In this document: positions 40,101-47,834 of the stretch, in pieces
Layout: every line of letters starts with the position of its first letter
Numbering within the stretch: the stretch's first letter is position 1
Assembly: GCA_043800535.1 (NCBI GenBank)
Contig: JAZDMV010000023.1
Coordinates: 111,186 to 175,185, forward strand
Origin: a bacterium
Lineage (GTDB): Bacteria; Patescibacteriota; Minisyncoccia; Portnoybacterales; GWB1-42-6
Direction of reading: 5' to 3'
DNA length: 64,000 bases
Position numbers and translations under genes: made by a program
Notes under the pieces: model-generated
What the model saw: the letters and a program-made list of their open reading frames with translations, nothing else
Database searches by the model: none
Told to the model about the DNA's origin: nothing

Positions 40101-40972
40101 ACTACTTTTTGGCTCACTAAAATTTCTCCGCTTCTCATGTCTTTTTCTGCCATTATATATTCTTCGCCTTTAGAATCTATTCTATAATATTCCTCAAAAA
40201 TTCCTACAATTTCTTTTCTGTCAGCGATTATTCTTTTATATGCGACGTCATTAATGCTATTAGCGCTAAAAAAATTCTCATTTGAGTATCTGGCAACTTT
40301 CACAAAGCAATCGTCTAAATTTGAACAATAAAAGTTTTCCTGCCGTAAATTTAAATTGTTAATATGCGATAGATCAGTATTCTCTTTTGCCCATTTTTCA
40401 TACGGCTCGCCCGGATCGCCGGCCAGGCCATCAACATGCGTGTCCTGCCGCGTGTGCGCCGGAACTGACATATCTTCTATTAGATGCAGAATATGGCCAA
40501 GCGACTTAAGTGCCTCTTTTTTGTCACCGTTGACGTAATCATAGACAGCTTTCTCAAAAGTCCGGTTGCCTTCGTAGCGCGCGTATTGGCTCTGCAAGCC
40601 CTGGTTATGCAGCCAATCAAGAGCCGAAACAGCACTTTCGGCTGAAAGCCCGATTTCCGACAAAAGCCGCACCATTGCCGGCGAAACACTGCCCAGCCGC
40701 TCGCCCTGCCAGCCAAGACCAGTTGTCGGGTCGTAAAAATGGTTAATCCAGCGTGGCGGTGTATCTTCATTTCGGGCGCCTTCGGCTATCAAGTTGATTT
40801 CCTCGCTGCTTAACGGCCTACCTAATTGGCCATAAATTTCTGCCGACTTTCTAGCTAATGAAGAATGGGTCGGATCCGGCTCATATGCCTGCGCGTAAAA
40901 AAATACAACCGCAAAAACCAACAAAAAAAGCCAAACGCAAAAGCATGGCTTCTTAAATAATGCCCTCCTCAT
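37193..40972 (-). CDS. Large secreted multidomain protein: Zn-dependent PLC/S1-P1 nuclease-like N-domain, Pro/Ser linker, FN3-like, lamin-tail domain, C-terminal beta-propeller-like repeats
   Basis: Signal peptide ending AQA; TH, NHFY, LGHILHLIEDMSVPAH Zn-ligand pattern; VVINEIAWAGT...DEWIELYN...DLTGW (LTD); H.VW/IYY repeats; start 40972 or 41011. Confidence 0.75.
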   Translation of the reverse strand: MRRALFKKPCFCVWLFLLVFAVVFFYAQAYEPDPTHSSLARKSAEIYGQLGRPLSSEEINLIAEGARNEDTPPRWINHFYDPTTGLGWQGERLGSVSPAMVRLLSEIGLSAESAVSALDWLHNQGLQSQYARYEGNRTFEKAVYDYVNGDKKEALKSLGHILHLIEDMSVPAHTRQDTHVDGLAGDPGEPYEKWAKENTDLSHINNLNLRQENFYCSNLDDCFVKVARYSNENFFSANSINDVAYKRIIADRKEIVGIFEEYYRIDSKGEEYIMAEKDMRSGEILVSQKVVLSSYWRLLSKQAVLAGTEVIRIFHEEVAKAEKDRNLLKPPPNVSNGMLKFTTGLTAILSARELTPLFSPYGEFIKIWPGIQDIFGQISSAWGTTYNGVSGLFASLFFSTQTQVSQGDTGQVAKPSVVSSPPAATSAQTSKNLVLGTAAPQKPIMPANVIQTDSSGNLPQQPQITEEVFAPETPQISEQIFKLNLPKATSSPLHERAIFHRSSSSDEIGDEQSGTQDESEEPDENSSSPPEISIWLSDYKNAARSFDVNWHSSSTDVASYSVQYKIGSSSAIVWQDWEIATTSESKIFEGSQDLTIYYFRARATNASSSAGEWQEVAASINFYPVVINEIAWAGTSASTSADEWIELYNKTDGTIDLTGWQIAEVVGATTTVANLQNTIAPRSYYLIERGDDGTVSDIVADLAHSFGGSGLSNSGENLRLIDNTGGIIDWADFSIGWPAGTAGPHYLSMERVNPYLAWDVPGNWKSNSTSTRSGINADGRAINGTPKSQNSVFNLEFFYLYPVKETTATSTLLEWTASALPGLEKYKVIRSYDNSFATTSVTDNISATNFRDTTLESETDYYYRIAACDNLDYCVFSNVASTTSVIFPISLAEPEIISGNATTTTSVLPGIVLNSESRPSVIWHFAYTTENTFIAVSNKNSGGSWGEIENIGSEFGPWSYPPQIFIRENNVSVIFDGEVKPRPWGSPPGFDVFYSRYNAGVWEAVQNVSGDGRNNFSPSGVIDQTGSTHIIWQGTVSTTSYVSAILYRKLGADGSFAEAIEKIIDSDYGVTPNIVLDGNGKLHAVWYRCQSGACDGIYYAFNNQDGFGWSEARKIFNFSEVWSLGEKPEMIFNKEGKLLISWEWRVREIRMIEFDGIATSTVQVFSLGDPAEILSLPELILNSSGKPYLIFCANNGVNYEMYMVLQREGGRWRQPRKILEFPFYVRWARGVIDAQNILRLVFYGGAQNYQVYYTSGQVE

Positions 40973-41066
40973 TATTACATAAGCAAAACGTAAATTTTTT
41001 ATTTTGTGCACTTTTTTAAATTTTTACCCCAAAACAGAATTAAAAAATCATTTATCTAGCCAAATT

Positions 41067-41603
41067 CTACAAACTGTAAATTTTCCAGATATTAGCGTAC
41101 TTGTTTAATTGAAATGTCACCGTGCCGCTATATGTGCCCGCCTCTAAAATTGCATTCCTGCCAAGAAGTTCGTCAAAATACTCTCTATCTTTTTCCACGA
41201 TAAAAGTAAACGAATATTGTTTCCCATCCTTATCCCAATACTCCTCCTCTTTCATCTCCTCCCATTTCGGCAAATCATCAATATACTTCTGCAATTCGCC
41301 TTTGGCGGCCAAGTCCTGCAATTTGGCTTTTTGCCCGTCTTCTTTCTGAAAATAAAAATAGCGGCTGGCTGATTCCAGGTCTCCACGTTTCAAAGCCGCG
41401 ACATACAAATCGTACGTTTCCTGCGGCGTTGCGCCGCCGTATGTGTCGCTCTTAAAATAACTAGTCAGCTCATTCTCAACTGCCTGCCAGTCACGGCCGA
41501 TCTTCCAGCTTTGATAATAAGGCCAGGCAAAAAAATAAACCACCCAGATAAAGGCGGCCGCAATTAAAATAAAAATCCCGCTTGCAATAATTTTTTTTCG
41601 CAT
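41067..41603 (-). CDS. Membrane-anchored hypothetical protein (possibly NTF2-like)
   Basis: N-terminal TM; YGGATPQETYDLYVAALKRGDLESASRYF; ends WKIYSL; start taken at MRKKII. Confidence 0.65.
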   Translation of the reverse strand: MRKKIIASGIFILIAAAFIWVVYFFAWPYYQSWKIGRDWQAVENELTSYFKSDTYGGATPQETYDLYVAALKRGDLESASRYFYFQKEDGQKAKLQDLAAKGELQKYIDDLPKWEEMKEEEYWDKDGKQYSFTFIVEKDREYFDELLGRNAILEAGTYSGTVTFQLNKYANIWKIYSL

Positions 41604-41723
41604 ATTTATTTTCAATCTAAATATAAACCAGCTGATTTTTCCTGCCTCTATTCTAAAACCAATGTCCACCGCTGTCTATCCCCAATTCTTTCTTCCCGCG
41701 GCCACCAATTTCGCAATCTTGCA

Positions 41724-41771
41724 ATCGCACATAAACTCCCGCGCTCGGGAGCACGGAAGTTTATGTCTGAT
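41724..41771. repeat. 48-nt hairpin repeat, copy B (contains the yerC-like stop codon)
   Basis: ATCGCACATAAACTCCCGCGCT-CGGG-AGCACGGAAGTTTATGTCTGAT. Confidence 0.85.
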
Positions 41772-42303
41772 CGTTGATTTTGATAGTTTTGAAAGCCGAA
41801 TTTATTTGCTTATACAGGGCTGATTTTTTATCCATTTTAGCAATCGCAGCTTTTAATCTGTTTTTATTACGGTAATTCGCCGCCTTAATTATTTCTTCCA
41901 AAACAATCTGCGGCCAGTAGTAAGATGGGTACCTCTTTTTTATTTGTTCAAAAGGCGTTTTCTCTCCGTAATTTTTTTTCACTCCTTTATTCTTTTTTGT
42001 CCTTTCTAGTACTAAACGATATCCTTCGCCTGAATATTTTAACCATTCTCCCACCCGCGCTATTTTTGATGCTCCGACTTTCAAATGACGCATTATCTCT
42101 GTATAACCAAATCCGTCAAGCAATAATTCTGCTATCTTTAACCTTTTAGCCAGCATTTCCAGCTCCTGCACAGTGATTAGATCGCGCATAAATTCTGCCG
42201 CTTCAACAGAATCTCGCAGAGACGCCAAAGCTTCACAGAACTGTATCGTCAATCTCTCGATCTCTTCCTTGCTAAGCTTTGAATTTATACTAAATTTATT
42301 CAT
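41761..42303 (-). CDS. YerC/YecD family TrpR-like HTH protein with C-terminal extension
   Basis: F..DL.T..E..MLAKRL.IA.LL..G..Y..I...L.VG.SKIARV..WL..SGEGY; start taken at MNKF. Confidence 0.8.
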   Translation of the reverse strand: MNKFSINSKLSKEEIERLTIQFCEALASLRDSVEAAEFMRDLITVQELEMLAKRLKIAELLLDGFGYTEIMRHLKVGASKIARVGEWLKYSGEGYRLVLERTKKNKGVKKNYGEKTPFEQIKKRYPSYYWPQIVLEEIIKAANYRNKNRLKAAIAKMDKKSALYKQINSAFKTIKINDQT

Positions 42304-42320
42304 TTTAACGCCCAAATATA

Positions 42321-42368
42321 ATCGCACAGAAACTCCCACGCTCCCGAGCACGGGAGAAGACGTGCGAT
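42321..42368. repeat. 48-nt hairpin repeat, copy C (inverted relative to A and B)
   Basis: Reverse complement ATCGCACGTCTTCTCCCGTGCT-CGGG-AGCGTGGGAGTTTCTGTGCGAT. Confidence 0.85.
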
Positions 42369-42396
42369 AGCGAATTCAGAAAATGACGGAAAATGC

Positions 42397-44652
42397 CTAG
42401 AGGCCGGAAGCTTTCAGAAACTGATCAACGTAATCTTTTTGCGAGGGGTCGATCTCAACCACTTTCAAAGCCGCTTCTTTCGCCTTGTCTCGCTGTCCGT
42501 CTGCCAGATAACTGTCTGCCAAAGCGGCATAGATGTCCGCGTTTTGCGGCGAGAGCTGCAGGCCTTTCAATAAACAAGAGATGGAACGACCAAGATCGTT
42601 ATTGTTCCGCAGAATCATCCCCAGTCTTAAATAATTGCTGGCGGTCAGGGCGTCAGGCCCGAATCTTTGCTGAATATCGGCGAGCTTCGCTTCGCCGTCC
42701 TGTATCCTGCCAATCGCAAAATACATCAATGCTAAATTCCAATGAGGATCAAGAATTTTATCGTTCAGGGCGATCGCTTTTTTGAAAAGCTCCAGCCCCT
42801 CGTCGATTTTGCCAAGCCGCAGTTTCGTCTCCCCAAGCCCGAAATAGAGAAGTTCTTTTGTCGGGCTAAGTTTTAAGGTGTCAGAAAAAATTTCTTCAGC
42901 GCGCACAAGGCGGCTGGCATCCATTGGCACGGCGGCAAGATTCAATTCACCGATGCTCACGGCATAACGGGCGTCCTGCGGCCTTTCTTTTATATTTTTG
43001 TCGCCTTCCTCAAGCGCCAAACGGACAAAATCATCCACCGGCCCTTTATTCTGATATTTGTCGTAACTAGTCATCAGATTTTTTGCTATGTCAAAAAGCT
43101 GAAGCCGCACCTCAAACCGGCCAAAAGTCCCGTAGCTCAATGCTTTTCTAAAATTAGCGTCAACCGCCTGCAGGCTTTCCTGCTGGGCGGCTAAGGCCTT
43201 TATGCCCCAGATCCCCGCCAAAGCCGGCTTAATGTTCAAAAAATAACCAAAGAAAATAAGAACGACAGCCACTGCCACCTGCAGAAAAACATTTGGCCTG
43301 ATAGGATGCGGAGTCGCGACAGCGCGTTTCTCTGATTTACCAATCCAGTCAATAAACGCCAAGAAAGTAAAAAGTGGCAAATAAGAGTAAATCATATCAA
43401 AAACGAAAAAGTCCTGCGCCAGATATCCAAGCGGCAAGATCGCAAAAAGCGCGGCGTTCAGAAAATCAATTCTTTTTTGTTTATAGGCGCGCCAGATAAT
43501 GACCAGAACCAAACCAAAAATAGAAAGAAAACTCAAAAATCCCAAAAAACCAGTTGTAACAAGCGTGTCAAAAACAATGTTGTGCGCCCGGTCAAACCAG
43601 TTCTCAACCGGATAGAGCTGCGGATCGTAGAATTTATTAAACACCACGTTATAGTTTTCCCAGCCCCAGCCCAAGATCGGCCTCTCCTTGACCCCTTCCC
43701 AGCTCATTCCCCAGGCCAGAAGCCGTGTCTGGGAAGTGGTCTCGCTTGCAGAGATATTTGCCAAACGCCGCAGGGTATAGGAGTTCCGGACCCATCCCGA
43801 ATTTTTGAAAACAAAAACTGATGCGGAAAACAGGACAAAACAAATTAAGATCACGGCAGAAATTCTTTTCAGTTTTTTCCTGATTGTAGCAAAAGCAGGC
43901 GTTTCTTCGACGCTTCTCGGCCAAAAAATCATGGCCACAAGGAACAGAATAAGCGAAGCGCCAAAAGCCAGCAAACCGCCTCTGGTCTGCGTCCAGAAAA
44001 GGATCACAAACGCAAAAAGGAAAGCGGCCGCGTAATAGATCCTGGCCAAATTTCGGCGCCGCTGAAAATACATAAAAACGATGAAAAACAGAAGAAACAA
44101 AAGATAGGCGGCAAAATAAGCACCGTTGCCAAAAGTCGCCGAAATTCTGCCAACACCGGCCAGAAAAAATCCCTGAACTCCCAGTTTTTGGAAAAGACCG
44201 ATAAAGCAAAGCGCCAGGCCAGCTGCGATAAAAAAGTCAAAAACCATCAGCCAGTCCTTTTTGGTCTTAAAAACAGAGCTCAAGATCACAAAAAGCGCAA
44301 AATAATGCAGCATGGTGATAAATCCGGTCATTCTTTCATACGAACTCCAGAAGCTTAGGAAAAAATCAACTCCCAAAACGCCGCTCAAAAAAACAATGAA
44401 CATAAAAACGGCGACCACCCAAAAAAGGCGCGAAAGCCGCGGCCGGAATTCCGGGCGATCAAACATCAAAAGAAGCCAGGCAAAAAAAGCGATTTCAACC
44501 AGAACCTGGAAAAGCGCGGTTTTGGGAAAAACAAAAGGAAAAATAAAAGCGTCGCTGACAAAAAGCGGCGTGAAAAAAGAAGCGATAACGGCCGCCTTAA
44601 CAATAAACAGCAAGATTGAATTTTTTGTCCCATTGGAAATTTGGTTGTTCAT
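42397..44652 (-). CDS. O-antigen ligase (Wzy_C)/O-oligosaccharyltransferase-like protein with C-terminal TPRs, paralog 1
   Basis: Many TMs; ER..G, RISATFGN, TQTRG, RPILGWGWENY, FDRAHN; TPR helices. Confidence 0.85.
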   Translation of the reverse strand: MNNQISNGTKNSILLFIVKAAVIASFFTPLFVSDAFIFPFVFPKTALFQVLVEIAFFAWLLLMFDRPEFRPRLSRLFWVVAVFMFIVFLSGVLGVDFFLSFWSSYERMTGFITMLHYFALFVILSSVFKTKKDWLMVFDFFIAAGLALCFIGLFQKLGVQGFFLAGVGRISATFGNGAYFAAYLLFLLFFIVFMYFQRRRNLARIYYAAAFLFAFVILFWTQTRGGLLAFGASLILFLVAMIFWPRSVEETPAFATIRKKLKRISAVILICFVLFSASVFVFKNSGWVRNSYTLRRLANISASETTSQTRLLAWGMSWEGVKERPILGWGWENYNVVFNKFYDPQLYPVENWFDRAHNIVFDTLVTTGFLGFLSFLSIFGLVLVIIWRAYKQKRIDFLNAALFAILPLGYLAQDFFVFDMIYSYLPLFTFLAFIDWIGKSEKRAVATPHPIRPNVFLQVAVAVVLIFFGYFLNIKPALAGIWGIKALAAQQESLQAVDANFRKALSYGTFGRFEVRLQLFDIAKNLMTSYDKYQNKGPVDDFVRLALEEGDKNIKERPQDARYAVSIGELNLAAVPMDASRLVRAEEIFSDTLKLSPTKELLYFGLGETKLRLGKIDEGLELFKKAIALNDKILDPHWNLALMYFAIGRIQDGEAKLADIQQRFGPDALTASNYLRLGMILRNNNDLGRSISCLLKGLQLSPQNADIYAALADSYLADGQRDKAKEAALKVVEIDPSQKDYVDQFLKASGL

Positions 44653-44737
44653 ATTTTTGATAATTATTAATTTTGTTTAGAACAAGTATCAAATTGCTTT
44701 AATTAAAATGAAATAACTCCTTATCGATCAAAAAACG

Positions 44738-44783
44738 GGATTGCTTCGTCGTCCCGCACTGTGCGGGGCTCCTCGCAATGACA
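44738..44783. repeat. GATTGCTTCGTC...CTCCTCGCAATGAC palindromic repeat (REP/RPE-like)
   Basis: Imperfect hairpin with inner CCCGCAC-T-GTGCGGG stem, lying between the two ligase paralogs; single copy in window. Confidence 0.65.
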
Positions 44784-44802
44784 TGCTTTATAACTTAATC
44801 TC

Positions 44803-47046
44803 CTATTGCCCCATTTTTTTCCTGACGACTTCAATAAATTTATCCACGGTTTCTTTGGTAGAAGGATTAAGCTCGGCTGATTTTTGCGCTGCTTCAATCG
44901 CCTTTTGGTATTGTCCAGTTTGATAATAAGCGTTGGCCAGAGAGGAATAATAGAGATAGTTGGTTGTGCCGTTCTTTATCACAAGATTAAGCCAGCGAAT
45001 TTCATTCTCTTTGCTTGAAGCCGGCGCAAAAAGCGGCATAAACCTGTCTAAATTTTCCTGGCCCACGTGATGTCCCATATCAATGGCTTTGACAAATGCC
45101 TCTTTGGCATTTTCAAAGTCCTGTTTCTGGAATAGGATCTTTGCCAATTCCCAATAGGAACCGGGGACTTTATCGTTCAGCGCGATCGCTTTTTCAATGA
45201 CACTCTGCGCCGCGTCAAATTTTCCGGCAAACATCAGGTTTTCCATCAAAATATAATAAAGCGTGACGCGGTTGGGGGAGCTGGCGATCGCTTTATCAAT
45301 ATAGATTTTGGCTTCGTCCCTGAAGCGCGTGTCCAGATCAGTGGCATATCGGACGTCAAGCAGTTCGGCCAGCTTATAGTTGTAATAAGTATCGTCCGGC
45401 ACATATCTTAAATTCTGCTTGTGCAGATCAATGGCAAAGTCCAGATCAAATTTCTGGTTGGGGTTTTGGGCCACGGCCGTGTAATAATTATGGATCGCGT
45501 TGGCCGCCACGGTTTTCAGATCCAGGTCCCAGAAAGTGTTATAGGAAACTGATTTTTTCAGATAGCTCATGCCAGCCTGATACGCCTGCTGCTGCTGGCC
45601 TTCATAGGGCTGGAAAAGATAGACCTGGGCCATGACACTGTCTTTGAAGGCCTTATATGGCTTTACGACAAAAAGATTCGTTGAATAGTAAAGACCTGCC
45701 CCAAAAATGATTGCGGCCACAATAACTAAAGCGGGCCGAAATTTTAGCGCCGAAACTTTTTGTGCGCCTGGCTCCTGTTTTTCGTCAGCCCAAAATTTCC
45801 CGACAAAAACTAAGAGTACAGACAAACCAAGCAAGGCGGGCAGAGAGTCAAACAAAAACAGATTCTGGACAAAATACGCGATGACTAGGCCGCCAAAAGC
45901 ACCCAAAAAGACAAAATCCTTGTCTTTTTTGTAGAGCTTGACTACGCAGTAAAAAACGCAGGACAAGAATACAAGATATGTTAGCAGCCCTAAAATTCCG
46001 GTTGCGGCCAGGTGCTCAATTATGACATTGTGCGCTCGGTCAAAATATTCTTCAGCCGCAAAATTATAGTATCTGGCATCAAAATATTTATTGAACGGCT
46101 GGGTAAAATTTTCATATCCCCAGCCAAGCACTGGCTTATCCAAAAACCCCAGCCAACCGGCTTTCCAGGCGATAAGACGGCCTTGGATAGTTGCGTCTCC
46201 GGATGAAAAATGCACGAGCCGATACAAATAGGCACTGTTTTTTATGAAGCCTTGGTTCTGCAGCGCGAAAAACATGCCATACACCGCCACCAAAAAAAGA
46301 AATCCGGCAACCAGGCCCCTGCGCAATTTAGGACTGCCCAAATTTTTGACGATCGCAAAGAAAGCGAAAACAAAACCGACGGCAATTCCCAAAAAAGCAC
46401 CGCGGGTCCCAGTCAGAAAAATAGCCAGGCCGTGAATCGCAAAAACGCCGCCATAAACAACACGCCAGGACCATTTTGAATTTTTCAGGCAGAGATATGC
46501 GGAGAAGAACAAGCCAAAAATAAGATAGGCCGCCAGTTTGGCCGCGTTGCCAAACATGGCAAAAATTCTATTCTCGCCGGCGATGCTGGTCAGCCCAAGT
46601 TTCTGCAAAAGCCCATAGACGGCAACAATAGTGCTGGCCGCCAAAAAAACATTAAGCAAAAAGTTGACTTCTTTTTTTTCACCAAAGATGCTCGTGCCGA
46701 CCAGAAACAAAACAAAGAAATAAAGCATGCCAAACAATCCCGTCATTCTTTCCACGTCCCCCCAGAAACTTAAGAACGGACTGGCGCTAAAAACAGTTGA
46801 AGCCGCCAAAGCCAAAAGATAAAGGCCGAAAGACCCGAGCAAAATGCTGAAGCGCGGCCGTTCTTTTGGAAAAAGCAAAATAAAAACCAGCCAGGCAAAA
46901 AATAAGATGTTGACAACTAGACGGAAAAATAAAGTGCTTGAAGAAACATAAGGGAAAAAAAGATAACGGTCAATCACCAGAGGAGAAAATAAAGAAACAA
47001 AAAATAAAATTTGGAGGATTCGTTTAAAGATATTTTGTTTGGGCAT
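44803..47046 (-). CDS. O-antigen ligase (Wzy_C)/O-oligosaccharyltransferase-like protein with C-terminal TPRs, paralog 2
   Basis: ERMTG, RIFAMFGN, TGTRGA, KPVLGWGYENF, FDRAHN; TPRs. Confidence 0.85.
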   Translation of the reverse strand: MPKQNIFKRILQILFFVSLFSPLVIDRYLFFPYVSSSTLFFRLVVNILFFAWLVFILLFPKERPRFSILLGSFGLYLLALAASTVFSASPFLSFWGDVERMTGLFGMLYFFVLFLVGTSIFGEKKEVNFLLNVFLAASTIVAVYGLLQKLGLTSIAGENRIFAMFGNAAKLAAYLIFGLFFSAYLCLKNSKWSWRVVYGGVFAIHGLAIFLTGTRGAFLGIAVGFVFAFFAIVKNLGSPKLRRGLVAGFLFLVAVYGMFFALQNQGFIKNSAYLYRLVHFSSGDATIQGRLIAWKAGWLGFLDKPVLGWGYENFTQPFNKYFDARYYNFAAEEYFDRAHNVIIEHLAATGILGLLTYLVFLSCVFYCVVKLYKKDKDFVFLGAFGGLVIAYFVQNLFLFDSLPALLGLSVLLVFVGKFWADEKQEPGAQKVSALKFRPALVIVAAIIFGAGLYYSTNLFVVKPYKAFKDSVMAQVYLFQPYEGQQQQAYQAGMSYLKKSVSYNTFWDLDLKTVAANAIHNYYTAVAQNPNQKFDLDFAIDLHKQNLRYVPDDTYYNYKLAELLDVRYATDLDTRFRDEAKIYIDKAIASSPNRVTLYYILMENLMFAGKFDAAQSVIEKAIALNDKVPGSYWELAKILFQKQDFENAKEAFVKAIDMGHHVGQENLDRFMPLFAPASSKENEIRWLNLVIKNGTTNYLYYSSLANAYYQTGQYQKAIEAAQKSAELNPSTKETVDKFIEVVRKKMGQ

Positions 47047-47080
47047 TTGTTTATTAGCGCTTAAATTAAATTATGTTTCA

Positions 47081-47176
47081 AAATCTCCCCTAGCCCCTCC
47101 CCGTATCAAGTACGGGGTAAACTCTAAAGGAGGGGAACTCGGTCTCCCTCCCTTTAGGGAGGGCTGGGGAGGATTT
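47081..47176. repeat. AAATCTCCCCT.CCCCTC..TAAAGGAGGGGA REP-like repeat carrying a CCCGTATCAAGTACGGG insert, plus an inverted partner
   Basis: Compared with the uninterrupted copy at 47551-47582. Confidence 0.8.
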
Positions 47177-47528
47177 ATATTTCGTTATATATTTTTTCTA
47201 CTACATTCTCAATATTTTTCAAAACGTCCAAGTTTGTAAATCGCAAAATGCGTAAATTTAATCTATTCAAAGATTCTTCCCGTTTTTTATCTTCTTCTAT
47301 ATTTTTATTTTCGTAATGCTGTCCCCCATCAATTTCTATCACAAGCCTAGCATCTTTGCAATAAAAATCAGCGATATAATTGTCTATCGGTTTTTGTCTG
47401 TAAAATTGAAAGTCCTTTATCTGCCGCCTTCTTATCTTTGACCATAATAATTTTTCTGCGTCTGTAGAATTTCTACGCAACTGACGGCTTAGTGATTTAA
47501 GATTTTCGCCGTATGAGAAAAATTCCAT
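47175..47528 (-). CDS. DUF559 (Vsr-like PD-(D/E)XK) endonuclease-domain protein
   Basis: LRRNSTDAEKLLW, F.RQKP..NYIADFYC....LVIEIDGGQH, LRFTN. Confidence 0.9.
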   Translation of the reverse strand: MEFFSYGENLKSLSRQLRRNSTDAEKLLWSKIRRRQIKDFQFYRQKPIDNYIADFYCKDARLVIEIDGGQHYENKNIEEDKKREESLNRLNLRILRFTNLDVLKNIENVVEKIYNEI

Positions 47529-47550
47529 TTTAAATCTTGCCGAGTTTAAA

Positions 47551-47706
47551 AAATCTCCCCTAACCCCTCCTAAAGGAGGGGAAAATTAAATATGTCCAAA
47601 TTTAATAAATCTCCCCTCGCCCCTCCCTTCGACCCATTCGACTACCGCTCAGGGTGGTGAGCAAAGTTGAACCACAAGCTCAGGACAGACTCTAAAGGAA
47701 GGGAAC
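47551..47706. repeat. Two more copies of the REP-like repeat: one empty (47551-47582), one with nested inserts (47607-47706)
   Basis: Direct alignment of the three copies by eye. Confidence 0.8.
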
Positions 47707-47744
47707 TTTTAGGGGAACCTAAAAGAAATATACCAAACTTTTTT

Positions 47745-47786
47745 AAAAAAAACAACACCCCGCTAGTCACAAGCAAGCGGGGTGTT
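47745..47786 (-). terminator. Intrinsic terminator of S-layer-like gene
   Basis: 11-bp stem AACACCCCGCT/AGCGGGGTGTT with T-tract on the minus strand; second hairpin at 47791-47819. Confidence 0.75.
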
Positions 47787-47834
47787 TTGGAAATAGTCGC
47801 TAAAGAGGGACGACTATTTAATCCTTATTAAGTT

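Noticed and set aside
41604-41723. Possible gene remnant upstream of the 41603 gene
   Set aside because: Too short and broken to support from the sequence alone.
37130-42368. 48-nt hairpins as integron attC sites
   Set aside because: No RYYYAAC/GTTRRRY ends or extrahelical bases, one copy is inverted, and there is no integrase.
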